Shown: positions 39,194 through 48,981, counted from the first letter of the stretch. The stretch: DNA of 64,000 nt from an uncultured Verrucomicrobiae bacterium (GCA_963764165.1 CAVXRD010000004.1:416001-480000); one strand, 5' to 3'. Translations and numbers: made by a program. The notes: generated from the sequence alone by a model not told the origin.

Positions 39194-39415
39194 ATGGCTG
39201 TTCTGACGGTGTTTGCGTTCAGGCGCGGGTCAGAGCCGCTGGTGAAGCGGCACGACACGCATGAAATCATCGAGGCCTGCAAATCGCCGAGCGTGGCTGG
39301 CATCATTCGTTTGATCGAAGCGCCTAATGAGATCGAGGCGCGGGCCATTGCAAACAAGCTCGTGCGCGCCGGTGAATTTGAAAAGACTTTCGGACATCCC
39401 GATTACGCGAAATAA
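39194..39415 (+). CDS. Phage hypothetical protein
   Basis: Short ORF, IEAPNEIEAR. Confidence 0.5.
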   Translation: MAVLTVFAFRRGSEPLVKRHDTHEIIEACKSPSVAGIIRLIEAPNEIEARAIANKLVRAGEFEKTFGHPDYAK

Positions 39416-39419
39416 TTTT

Positions 39420-39743
39420 ATGGCGATTCAAATTCAAGAGATCACGGTGACGGCGGCGCGGACGTTCAATCATCCGCACGAGCAGTATTCCAATTTGCGG
39501 CCGGAGGTGACGATCAGGGCCACGCTGGGGCCCGATGATGACGCCACGGCGGCGGTGAAGGCGATGCAGGCGCAGGCGGAGGGTTTGGTCGAGGACCACA
39601 AACGGAACATGCTCCAAAGCATCAACGAGCTTTACGAGATGTCGCAGGAACAGGCGGAGCTGAAGGGCCTGCAAAAGCAGCTCACCGGAGCGCAGGCGCG
39701 GATTGATGAGATTCGCGCGAAACATCCGCAACTGATCGCATGA
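39420..39743 (+). CDS. Phage hypothetical coiled-coil protein
   Basis: ITVTAARTFNHPHEQYSNLRPEVT. Confidence 0.75.
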   Translation: MAIQIQEITVTAARTFNHPHEQYSNLRPEVTIRATLGPDDDATAAVKAMQAQAEGLVEDHKRNMLQSINELYEMSQEQAELKGLQKQLTGAQARIDEIRAKHPQLIA

Positions 39744-40057
39744 TTGACTCCACGATAATTGACGAGCTGCAAAAGAATCTCGCGGCGGCTGAGGTGAATA
39801 TCAGCCGTTCCGCAAAACTCCTGGAGACGCTCAAGCAAATCTCTTCCGGTCCGACGGACCATTACAAGCCGGATTATCTGGCTAAGCTCGCAGAGGTCTT
39901 GAGGATTGCATTTAAGGATCGCACTTTCACTTGGAAGGAAGCTAGACACATCTGGACGGTTCTCGATATCGAGCCCCTGAATTGCGGAAATGCGTTTGAC
40001 GCCTTGTTGAGAGTTAATCAGCTCAAGAGAGTTCCGCTGGGATTTCAAGTCGTTTAA
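39740..40057 (+). CDS. Phage hypothetical protein
   Basis: ATGA-coupled ORF. Confidence 0.65.
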   Translation: MIDSTIIDELQKNLAAAEVNISRSAKLLETLKQISSGPTDHYKPDYLAKLAEVLRIAFKDRTFTWKEARHIWTVLDIEPLNCGNAFDALLRVNQLKRVPLGFQVV

Positions 40058-40411
40058 TTTCCGCATGAAAATGCCTGTCACCCATAAAACGGCCGGAAAG
40101 TCCGGTTCTCAAACGCCGTCGAAATCAAAGGCGGCCAAGTGCGTCCACCGGACGGGGCTTTGGACGATGGAGGTTTTCATCGGACCGGACGGAAAGCGAA
40201 GGAAGGACCATTCGCTGACTCGACAGGTACCGGCACGATCCGACTCCCGAACTTGTGGAGTCTCTCAAGGGCTGCTCCTCACCCGAGCCGATCCTGATCA
40301 TCACACGGCAGGTTGTGCGGCCTGCCCGCCAAAAGGCCGATTACACACAATTGGCGCTGCCTGGCATTGACCCGGCACAGTCACACACACATAAATAGGC
40401 TCACTCACTTC

Positions 40412-41161
40412 ATGAGCCTAAAACACACACAGGAGGAATTGCCGATGTTCGTCCATGGCGCACTGGACGACGCGGGCCTTCCCAAACTCGACTTCCGACT
40501 CTACGGGCACATCCGCCGCCGCGGTGAATGCAAGGAGAGCTTGGAAAACATGGCCAGATATTGTCACACCAACGTTAACAAAGTGCAGGCTGCTTTGGCC
40601 AACTTGCTCGAACGGCACATGATCACGAAGGAGACGCGGATCGGCTATACCGCGATTTATCGCGTTACGCCGCTGAGCGCGTGGGTTTCGGTGCTTGAGC
40701 TACAGCCAAATGGCGCATTGGGGTTAAGCCAATCGGCTGTACCCCCACCGCCAAAGGATACAAGGGGGTTACGCCAATCGGCTGTACAAAGTGCATCCCC
40801 TGAAGTGAATCCTGTAAAGGCATTCCCATTAAGTAATCATGAACATGGGAAGAAATTAGGGGGAGATGCGCTTGCAGCGGCTGGGGATGGGAAGAACCCC
40901 AAGGGCGCGGCGACGCCTGGCCGCAAAACCCCAGCCCAGCTCGAGCTGCTATTCGAAATTGAGAAGGTGATTCCGGACGCGCAGCGCCAAATCTTCCCGC
41001 GCCTGGCTGAGAGCGATCCGGACACGCTGCGCAGGGCGTTCGACGATCTTCGCGAGCGGATGAAGTTCGCGCCGCGAATCAGAAACCCGGGCGGCTATCT
41101 TGTTGACACATTCAAACGGTTTCGCGGGCGGATGCCGGCGAAGAAAGTTGCGAACGTGTGA
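40412..41161 (+). CDS. Phage replication initiator (N-terminal wHTH, internal iterons)
   Basis: FRLYGHI..SLENMARYC..VQAALANLLERHMI; C-terminal IRNPGGYL; internal DNA repeats. Confidence 0.75.
   Translation: MSLKHTQEELPMFVHGALDDAGLPKLDFRLYGHIRRRGECKESLENMARYCHTNVNKVQAALANLLERHMITKETRIGYTAIYRVTPLSAWVSVLELQPNGALGLSQSAVPPPPKDTRGLRQSAVQSASPEVNPVKAFPLSNHEHGKKLGGDALAAAGDGKNPKGAATPGRKTPAQLELLFEIEKVIPDAQRQIFPRLAESDPDTLRRAFDDLRERMKFAPRIRNPGGYLVDTFKRFRGRMPAKKVANV
40700..40787 (+). repeat. Iteron-like repeats (putative phage ori)
   Basis: GCCAA cores at 40705, 40728, 40750, 40773; GGGGTTA(A/C)GCCAATCGGCTGTAC at 40720 and 40765. Confidence 0.7.
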
Positions 41162-41388
41162 GGCCTGGTGAAATAGTCACGATAACCACTCCCAGCGGGT
41201 CTATATACCGGGCGCTGGTTTACGAAACGCGTATCAATCGAACCCGCTTCGATGAAATCGAGGGTGAAATTCGATTAAGGATTTACGCCGGCACGATCAG
41301 CGAAAAGCGGCCGCAGAAGACTCTCGAAGAATCGGTGGCAATCGAGACGGAGGCGGAAATCATCCAGGAGCGGAAACTGTTGCAGTGA
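41158..41388 (+). CDS. Phage hypothetical protein
   Basis: GTGA-coupled ORF. Confidence 0.6.
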   Translation: MRPGEIVTITTPSGSIYRALVYETRINRTRFDEIEGEIRLRIYAGTISEKRPQKTLEESVAIETEAEIIQERKLLQ

Positions 41389-41681
41389 AAGATTTGTTCG
41401 GCAATGAGGTGTTTGATTCGGAGCTTCCGCGCTCACCGGGAGAGAAAAAGAAGCGTGATGGATCGGCGCGAGGTTATAGCGGCAATCCAGGGAGAGGTCC
41501 AGCCGGAGAGAAGTGCGGCACCTGCATATTTGCGATCAATACCTATAAGAGCTTTTACAAATGCCGAAAGGTTGAACACCTGTGGACTCGCGGGAAAAAG
41601 ACCGATATTCGCCTAAGATCGCCCGCGTGCCAATTCTGGGAGGCGAAGCCGAAAACAAAACCTGCAAAGCGAAACCGGTAA
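41385..41681 (+). CDS. Phage Cys-containing hypothetical protein
   Basis: DLFG..PG.GPAGEKCGTC..YKC..TDIRL..PAC. Confidence 0.72.
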   Translation: MKDLFGNEVFDSELPRSPGEKKKRDGSARGYSGNPGRGPAGEKCGTCIFAINTYKSFYKCRKVEHLWTRGKKTDIRLRSPACQFWEAKPKTKPAKRNR

Positions 41682-41742
41682 TTTTGGACTCTCACTGGAA
41701 AAGCGGCGAGGATCGCAATCGGTGGGGGGTTGATTGAGTCAA

Positions 41743-43123
41743 TAATAGATTCCTTGGGGGGTGCGGCTGGCGATGATTATTCCAAGGGCGTTCGATGATG
41801 GAATTAATACGCTTCAATTGCGATGCAACAGGCAACTACAGTTCGCATGCGCTCAGAGAATTCCCCCAGCGCGCCGCCATACACGCGTTTTCTTCGCGGA
41901 GCGTGGGCCGCGCGCGGTGCCGGTCGCTCTCGCTAACGCTCGCCGCAGCGCCTTCCTCTCTCCTGCGGTGCCCCTCTCCGGCGCTGGGACGCTGGTCTTC
42001 GCGCGCCAGAGGAGCCGTCTCTCTTGTCCACGCGAATTTGCAATTTCACGCGCTCAGGTTCGCAAAGCTAATCCGGCGCGCTCAGACCCCGGCACAATGA
42101 AATATTGGCGGCGCTGCGCGCCGTGAACAAATTTGCAATTTTGCAACGCGCGCGAGCCGCCGCCAGGCTCGCTGCTCGCCAAGCGACGGCCCGCGCGCTT
42201 GGGGGTTTTGGCCTGACTGCGCCGAGTTCGCATCGCGTCCGCTCCGTTCCATTTCGCAGGCTGCATTACACTCGGCGACCGCGACACGAAGTCGGCGCAG
42301 ACAGGCTTTTCCCCGGCGCATGTCCATTTTCGCGCAAAGACCGCGGAGCGCGAAAGTCGACACACGCCCCCGAATTCAGACGGACCTATGGGCAAATGGC
42401 AAATTGGCCTGATCGCATTTTACCCTTACGCCCTCGCGATCTGGCCATTTGCCAATTTCCCACACGTCCGTGAAATTTGGATTTTGGGAGAGCGCGCGAA
42501 AGTGGATTCGCTTCGCGGCAGCGTGTCACGCGGAATGCTGGCCGTTCCTTCGCACAACACTTGTTGGCTGTCAGTTTTCTCCCCGCGCCAGGGCACCCGG
42601 CAAGCCACCCTATCGCGGGTCCCCGCCGCCAGGCATGAAGTCGCCGACGCGGCTTCGCAACTCAGCCCGACGCGCTCCAACATGTCCGGGCGGCCCGAAA
42701 ACCGAAGCCAACAAGGAGTTGTGCGAAAGAAGGCCGGTCGCGCCAGCCGTGGATCTGCGCCCCTGATCCACGCACGGCGCGACCTGAGCATTCCGCCCGC
42801 CACGCCGCCGCTCCGCTGGCCTTCGGCCATTAGGCGCGCGCTGGACGGCATCGGCGGCCGAGTCCGCACACTTCGTGGCCGGTGCGACGCGAGCTGCGCG
42901 GCTCGGCAACGTCGCACCGCTCGGCCGCCGATGCCGTCGGGACAAAGGCATTGAAATCGGAAACGCGTTTTCGCGCGCTCGAACGCGAATCGGCGGTCGG
43001 CTACGCCTTAAACCGCAGTCGGCCATCGCATTCCTATATGCGCCATCATGCGCAACAGGGCGCGCCACGGGTGATAATAGGGCGCTATATAGCGCGCCCT
43101 ATTGGCATCCAAGGAATCTATTA
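41743..43123. repeat. 15-bp perfect inverted repeat bracketing a structured, apparently non-coding interval
   Basis: TAATAGATTCCTTGG 41743-41757 and CCAAGGAATCTATTA 43109-43123. Confidence 0.75.
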
Positions 43124-43263
43124 GAACGAACCCCCTGGGCCGGGTTTAAGTGTATGGCCTGTTTTTTCCGTGAGACCCCTATTTTTCCGGTTTCGGATTG
43201 CAGAAAATCCACCAATGAAATGCGGGAAAACGCCAAGTGCCGCAATTTGCGCACGAGGGCGGA

Positions 43264-43860
43264 ATGCGCCGCACCAGGAAATCGAAAGAAAAAACGCCGA
43301 GGCCAAAAACTGTCAAACAAACTCCACCGCCGACAGCACCGGCACCGCCCTCTCCCGTCAATATGGAACCAATTATTGACACGATTTCCGCCCTCGAATT
43401 GGAAGAGATCACCGGCTTGACGGACCGTCGGCATCGGCAGATCGCGGACGAAGGGTATTTCCCGAAGCCTGACCTGGGGAAGTACCGGCGCGACGAGACG
43501 CTCCGAGGAATGTTCCGCTACTACCGCGAGCGCAACGACAAAGACACACTCACGGCTGAACGCGTTTTGCTCACCAAGGAAAAGCGGATCGAGCAAGAAA
43601 GCATTAATGCCGAGCGTTCCGGCCAGCTCGAATCGAAGGAAGCGATCGCGAAAAAGATTTTCGCGCTCGGGGAGGAAATAAAGTCGACGCTCAATTTTCA
43701 ATTGACCGACCGCCTGCCGGCATTGAATGCAGGCCTCGACGCGCCGGCACAGCGCATTAACAACCGCGCTGTGTTTCTGGAAATTCTCAAACGCTTTCAG
43801 GAATTCGCCAAACGGTGGATCGCGCCCGATTCACCAGCCGAGAAAAAGGAAACCGCCTAA
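43264..43860 (+). CDS. Terminase small subunit (Nu1-like); start uncertain
   Basis: wHTH ISALELEEITGLTDRRHRQIADEGYFPK plus coiled coil; abuts TerL. Confidence 0.78.
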   Translation: MRRTRKSKEKTPRPKTVKQTPPPTAPAPPSPVNMEPIIDTISALELEEITGLTDRRHRQIADEGYFPKPDLGKYRRDETLRGMFRYYRERNDKDTLTAERVLLTKEKRIEQESINAERSGQLESKEAIAKKIFALGEEIKSTLNFQLTDRLPALNAGLDAPAQRINNRAVFLEILKRFQEFAKRWIAPDSPAEKKETA

Positions 43861-45779
43861 TGGACGTAATGGCAAAGGCGTTGCACGACGCCTGCGAGCC
43901 GCCCGACATGCGTCCCACGCCTGAGTGGGCGGCGGAGTATTTGGAACTGTCTCCCGGTGGTTACGCCATCCCGGGATTTTTTCACGTTGAGAAATCCCGC
44001 CAGCTCCTCGAGCCGCTGCGCGCACTCGATGACGACCTTACCCGGCGTGTTTCTGTGTGCGCGGCCGTGCAGGGTGCCAAGTCGCTCATCCCGGATGTCT
44101 GGATCCCGCGCGTTCTCAGCGACCGTCCGGGTCCCGCCATGTTTGTAATGCAAACGGAACAGATTGCGAAACAGCACGCGGAGGTCCGGCTCATTCCGAA
44201 CATCTCAGGCTGCAAACCTCTGCAGCGTCTTCTTCCAGACAATCGTCACAAGGCGCGAACCAAGGAGATTATTTTCAAAAATGGTGTCCCTCTCTACATA
44301 TTCGGTCCGGCCATCAGCAACGCGCAGTCGAAGTCCATCCGTTATCTCGCGATCGACGAAGCGTGGCTGATTGCCGCCAACCAACCCGGCCGCATTTTCG
44401 AGTTCCTTAACCGGACCAGCAAATACGACGAGATCGGCAATTCGAAGCAGCTGATCATTTCCCAGGGCGGCGACCTCAAAGTCGATCCGGACGGCAAAAT
44501 TATCGGCGACGATTGGGCCATCATCTGGCATGAAGGCTCGCAGGAACTTTGGACCGTGCCTTGTTTGCACTGCGGATTCTTTTTCGTTCCGCACTTCACG
44601 ATCAACGTCCCCTACCCTGGCGGAAACGCGCCGACCGGCTATGACGACAAGGCGGGGATGAAATGGGACGCCAATGGTGAACAGGTCCGCTACGAATGCC
44701 CGCGCTGCCGTCAGGCTATGATCGATACCGACGCAACCAAGGCGCAATGGAACGATCGCGGCCTCTACACGGCTACCAATCCGGCAGCCCGCAACAATCG
44801 CAGCTTCTGGTGGCCAAAGCTCATATCGGCGAAGTGGGAGCCGCTGGTGCAAAAGTTTTTGAGGGCCATGCAATCAATGAAAAGCGGGCTAATTTTGCCA
44901 CTGAAAGAATTTGTGCAAAAGGATGACGCGGGGTTCTGGGACGAGCGGGCCCACACGACCGCCAACGAGATCGCCATCAGCACGGCTGATTATACGCCCG
45001 ATCCTCTCAAGTCCTGGCCTGACGAAAAATTCCGGTTCATGACGGTGGACTGTCAGGCCAACCTGCTTTTGTTTTTCGTCGTGATTCGCGCCTGGTCGGC
45101 GACTGGCGAGTCGCGCCGACTCTATCGCGGCCACGTCGAATCGTGGGAGGAGGTTCGAAAACTCCAGGAGAAATTCGGCGTGCCTTCCAAGTTCGTTGCG
45201 GTCGACTGTGGCTATGAGGCGACGAAAGTTTTCCGGCAATGCTGCCGGCATGTGGAGGAAGTCAGCGCCCGCGGCTGGACGGCGTTTCGGGAATCCGATT
45301 CCGAATGGTTTATCCATCATTTCAAGGACCGCAAAGAGCGCCGGATTTATTCCGAGGTGGAATTCGCCAACGCCGCGCTGGGTCTCAGCAACCCGGATAT
45401 GGCCAAATGGCTGGCCTCGGTTTCTCCGACCGCGTCAAAACTATACCAGCGCGGCAGCCTGCGCTGCTGGGTGGTCACTTGGTCGCGTCCGAGTGTGTCC
45501 GATGTCCTGGCGGGGCTGCGGGACGGCAAGGGCGCGCCGTTTCTGGCCCCAGCCGCCGACGCCAACGATCCGGAGGAAGCCGCTTATCGCCGCCACATGG
45601 GCAGCGAAATCAAGAAGCCCAAGAAAGACAAGGGCGACAAAGTCGAACGCATGCAGTGGGTGAAAGTTCTCCGCGATAACCATTACTGGTCCTGTGAAAA
45701 AATGCAGGTCGTGTGCGCAACAATTGTGGGTTGCATCAAGGTCGAACTGCCGGATGAGAGTGAAAAACCGGCCGCGTAA
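43860..45779 (+). CDS. Terminase large subunit (lambda GpA-like)
   Basis: PEWA, Walker A-like AAVQGAKS, Walker B IRYLAIDE, CxxC pairs, nuclease TVDCQ, VDCGY, NHYW. Confidence 0.9.
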   Translation: MDVMAKALHDACEPPDMRPTPEWAAEYLELSPGGYAIPGFFHVEKSRQLLEPLRALDDDLTRRVSVCAAVQGAKSLIPDVWIPRVLSDRPGPAMFVMQTEQIAKQHAEVRLIPNISGCKPLQRLLPDNRHKARTKEIIFKNGVPLYIFGPAISNAQSKSIRYLAIDEAWLIAANQPGRIFEFLNRTSKYDEIGNSKQLIISQGGDLKVDPDGKIIGDDWAIIWHEGSQELWTVPCLHCGFFFVPHFTINVPYPGGNAPTGYDDKAGMKWDANGEQVRYECPRCRQAMIDTDATKAQWNDRGLYTATNPAARNNRSFWWPKLISAKWEPLVQKFLRAMQSMKSGLILPLKEFVQKDDAGFWDERAHTTANEIAISTADYTPDPLKSWPDEKFRFMTVDCQANLLLFFVVIRAWSATGESRRLYRGHVESWEEVRKLQEKFGVPSKFVAVDCGYEATKVFRQCCRHVEEVSARGWTAFRESDSEWFIHHFKDRKERRIYSEVEFANAALGLSNPDMAKWLASVSPTASKLYQRGSLRCWVVTWSRPSVSDVLAGLRDGKGAPFLAPAADANDPEEAAYRRHMGSEIKKPKKDKGDKVERMQWVKVLRDNHYWSCEKMQVVCATIVGCIKVELPDESEKPAA

Positions 45780-45947
45780 ATTGCGTGCCGTAACGAAGCG
45801 CGGGCAGAAATGCACCGGGAAATCGCCGATCACGAGGTAAAATTTCCACCGATGCCCGGTCAGGGTTTGCCTGCCGTAACATCGCGATAGGGAATGTGCG
45901 CAATAAGTTTATCGCCCAATTGCTGTCCTTAGTGCATTCTCTTTAAC

Positions 45948-46208
45948 ATGTCTGGACTCCAAACACGTCAGGTTCTCACGTTTCAAGGATACATCCTATT
46001 CACCGGCGACCGTCAGACGCTTCCCATCACGATAAAAGCCTTTGACATGACGGGAGCGGCCGCAAAGCTCGCGCGCATCGTCAGTGACCAGCCAGGGGAA
46101 GCGATCGGGATCCAATTGCGCCAAGTCAAAGAAACTCTGATCGTGCCGGCCAATGGAGCGAGCATAAACCACTGGGGTCGGCGTCGCGGGCCAAACAGCG
46201 GAAGCTAA
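45948..46208 (+). CDS. Phage hypothetical protein
   Basis: 86-aa ORF. Confidence 0.6.
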   Translation: MSGLQTRQVLTFQGYILFTGDRQTLPITIKAFDMTGAAAKLARIVSDQPGEAIGIQLRQVKETLIVPANGASINHWGRRRGPNSGS

Positions 46209-46212
46209 CCGA

Positions 46213-46758
46213 ATGTCGCACACGGACAAAAGCGCGCGGCAAGTTGTCACCAGTTTTCCCCAGCAGGAAATTGCAGCGCCGGACGCCGACATCGACGAGC
46301 GCAACGGATGGACCGACGAGCCGGATCGCGGTAACCCTCTTTCGCGCTTCGAGGAGAATCCATTTGACCGCAACGAACGAGTTTCGCTTTGCGCGGATGA
46401 ACTCGGGTTGCTCTTTCAGTGGCTGCTGTTCGGCGGATCGACCCGGAACCGCTCGCGCAGCGCGCCGGTCAACCAGCGGTTGAAAGACATCTGCAAGAAA
46501 CGCGAGATGAAGAAAATCTTGCGACGGCCGAGCATTATCGGCCATCGGCTGGTTGCCATGCTTTTGCGGTTGCGGCCCGATCTGCTAGACGGACATAGCG
46601 CGGCCTCCGTTTCGCGAAAGATGCGCATCTCCCCGCGCATGATGGCGCTGCACACAATGTCGTTCGGAGAGAATTTCCCACTGGCGTCAAAAACAATTCG
46701 GCGGACCAGCAAGGTTGTGAAAGAGGAAGTGTTGCGGGCCAGACACCGCGCAACTTGA
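46213..46758 (+). CDS. Phage protein with possible C-terminal HTH (candidate late regulator)
   Basis: LRPDLLDGHSAASVSRKMRISPRMMA resembles an HTH; function inferred. Confidence 0.55.
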   Translation: MSHTDKSARQVVTSFPQQEIAAPDADIDERNGWTDEPDRGNPLSRFEENPFDRNERVSLCADELGLLFQWLLFGGSTRNRSRSAPVNQRLKDICKKREMKKILRRPSIIGHRLVAMLLRLRPDLLDGHSAASVSRKMRISPRMMALHTMSFGENFPLASKTIRRTSKVVKEEVLRARHRAT

Positions 46759-46942
46759 AAAAGTATGACGAGGGCGAATTTAGCCGTCACGGAGAGGACG
46801 GTCGGCGATTGTTTGTCTGACCTTCGCCGGAGTTGTTACCGTGGCGCCGGCCGCGTTTCTCTGACCGGCGATACTGGTTTTTTAACCAGCATCCAATAAT
46901 TCGGACACGCTTTCATTTTGTTGTCCGCATTTCTGCGGGCCA

Positions 46943-46970
46943 GCCGCGCCGAAGCTTTAGCGAAGGCGGG
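46943..46970 (+). repeat. 28-bp REP-like element (also 53350-53377 +, 50556-50583 -)
   Basis: GCCGCGCCGAAGCnnnRGCGAAGGCGGG in three copies. Confidence 0.8.
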
Positions 46971-46996
46971 TGCCGTAAGTACGCCCCTCAGTCGAA
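46971..46996 (+). promoter_or_regulatory. TGCCGTAA-N17-20-ATG late-gene motif (representative copy)
   Basis: Copies at 46971, 49807, 53378, 54564, 56756, 59147, 59539, 61760; also 45786, 45872. Confidence 0.75.
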
Positions 46997-47308
46997 ATGA
47001 CTGACGAGCAGGCGGCCACTTTAGCGGGGCAAATCACCCCAATGACCAATCAATTGATTGGCGAGGATCTTCTGCAGGGCATCGAGATTCCGCAATTGCT
47101 TGAATGGCGCCGGATGGCCTGCGAGGAATTGTTCGAAGGCATCATCCAATCTACCAGCGCCGGCGACACCTCGGCCACCCGCTTCGGAAAAGTCGACCCA
47201 AAAACGCGGATCCGCCTCATCAATAAAACCCTCTGGCTCCGCGATCCTGTCGCCTTCCCAATGAACCAGCCGGTGAAGCGCACGCGGCCGTTTTACACGT
47301 TTGGTTGA
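46997..47308 (+). CDS. Head-completion protein (gpW position)
   Basis: Small ORF immediately before portal; IIQSTSAGDTS. Confidence 0.55.
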   Translation: MTDEQAATLAGQITPMTNQLIGEDLLQGIEIPQLLEWRRMACEELFEGIIQSTSAGDTSATRFGKVDPKTRIRLINKTLWLRDPVAFPMNQPVKRTRPFYTFG

Positions 47309-48981
47309 AATCCGCCATGCGCATCAATGACAGGCGATCTAGTCACGGCGGCGACGCAGCGCCGCCCTACCAGGGGAAATTTCCCGACGGATACACCCAG
47401 CTAAAATCGGGCATTGTCGTGCCGACGGTCGAGGCGGCTCAATACAGCCTCTACAACACGCCGCGCAGCTCCGGGCAGTTGGATCAATATCGCCAGCGCT
47501 GGTTTACGACCGGCGATATTCGCAAGCTGGTCACCGATTACGACCGCTGGGAATTGATGTCCTACTCGCGCCAGTTATTCGCAGGCCTCGGTAACATGCA
47601 CGCGGCGATTCTGCAAAAGGCGCATCGTTCTGTCGGCGAGGAATGGCGGGCGCTTTACGCCGGCACGGAAACCGCCTGGGGAGATGAAGTCGAGGAATGG
47701 TTGGAACATGTTTGGTACCCAAATTGCGACATGCGCGGTCCGCCCTACGATTTCGTGACCGACTTAATTCTTTCGTCGATTGCGTGGGACGTGGACGGCG
47801 ACGACGCAATGATTTTGACCGAGGACCCTTCGACACATTTTCCGAAGGTGCAGTTCATTCCGTCGCACCGGATCAACACGCGCATGGCCCGGGGCAGCGC
47901 CGACCAAAAATCGACCAGCGGTTGGTCCAGCGGCGCCACCGTCAGTCAGGGAATTATTTACGATCGCAACATGGCGGTCATTGGCCTGCGCATTCTGGGC
48001 GACGGCGAAACGCAGGATCGAGATGTTCCTCTGACCAGTTGCCAGCTCATGTACGACCCTGAGTGGCAATCACAGAATCGCGGACTTCCCACGCCTTCGT
48101 GTGAAATCATGGGCGCGCTGGATTACCAGGATTTCGATGTTTTTATCAAACGCGGGGTGAAAAAAGCCACGTCGCTGGCATTGATTCGCACCACCGAATC
48201 CGGTCAGGCCGATACGGGCGATGCCTTTATTGCCGACACGCCGATTCAGGACGCGACACCCGGCATCAAGCGCGAACTCATTCGCGGCGGCGAAGATTAT
48301 TATTTGACAGCCAACAAGGGAGAAAAAATCGAGGGCCTCAAATACGAAATGCCGTCGCAGTCCATCGAAGGTTTCATAAAGCGCCTCGAACATCGAATCA
48401 TTCTCGCCTGCGGCTGGTATGCGGAACTGCTCAACCCCAAGGAAGTCGGCGGGGCCAGTGTGCGGCTGATCCAGGACAACGCGCGGGCGACCGTGCGGCA
48501 CCGCCAAAAATCCATTCGCGCCCGCTCGCTGCGCGCCATCCGTTACGCCGTCGCGAAGGCGATGAAGAACGGCTGGATTTCCCGCAATGACGTGGATTGG
48601 TGGAAATTCGATTTCGAGTATCCCGCCTTATTGACGGTGGACGAGGGTCGTGATTCGCGCAGTGATTTGATGATGCTCTCGCTCGGCACTTTGACCGAGA
48701 CGAAGTACCACGCCAAATACGGCGACAACCAAAAACAGGTTGCCCGCCAAAAAGACCAGGAAGTCTCCAACCGAATCAAGCGGGCCAAATCCATTTCAGA
48801 GGAAACCGGCACGGATTGGGAGTGGGTCTATCAGCAGCTCTGGTCGCCGCGAAGCCCGCCCGCCTTGTCGGCCGAGGGCGATTGGGGACCCAACGGTCCG
48901 CCCAAAGGCGACCAGGTTGCGCCCGGTTCCGGAGGAGGCGGCGAAGAGGAAGGCGGCGGAGGCTCAGAAGGAAACCAATGA
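47305..48981 (+). CDS. Portal protein (lambda-type)
   Basis: 558 aa between TerL and S49; DVDGD, KVQFIPSHRI, QNRGLP, GASVR, TVDEGRD. Confidence 0.82.
   Translation: MKSAMRINDRRSSHGGDAAPPYQGKFPDGYTQLKSGIVVPTVEAAQYSLYNTPRSSGQLDQYRQRWFTTGDIRKLVTDYDRWELMSYSRQLFAGLGNMHAAILQKAHRSVGEEWRALYAGTETAWGDEVEEWLEHVWYPNCDMRGPPYDFVTDLILSSIAWDVDGDDAMILTEDPSTHFPKVQFIPSHRINTRMARGSADQKSTSGWSSGATVSQGIIYDRNMAVIGLRILGDGETQDRDVPLTSCQLMYDPEWQSQNRGLPTPSCEIMGALDYQDFDVFIKRGVKKATSLALIRTTESGQADTGDAFIADTPIQDATPGIKRELIRGGEDYYLTANKGEKIEGLKYEMPSQSIEGFIKRLEHRIILACGWYAELLNPKEVGGASVRLIQDNARATVRHRQKSIRARSLRAIRYAVAKAMKNGWISRNDVDWWKFDFEYPALLTVDEGRDSRSDLMMLSLGTLTETKYHAKYGDNQKQVARQKDQEVSNRIKRAKSISEETGTDWEWVYQQLWSPRSPPALSAEGDWGPNGPPKGDQVAPGSGGGGEEEGGGGSEGNQ

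Noticed and set aside
40065..40370. 101-aa ORF or riboswitch before the replication gene
   Set aside because: No recognisable protein or RNA family signature; left uncalled
43076..43103. Protelomerase telRL site
   Set aside because: Palindrome is short and no protelomerase gene recognised; element appears integrated
41761..43124. Numerous 80-190 aa ORFs
   Set aside because: Low-complexity Arg/Ala/Pro content, overlapping on both strands, no recognisable motif
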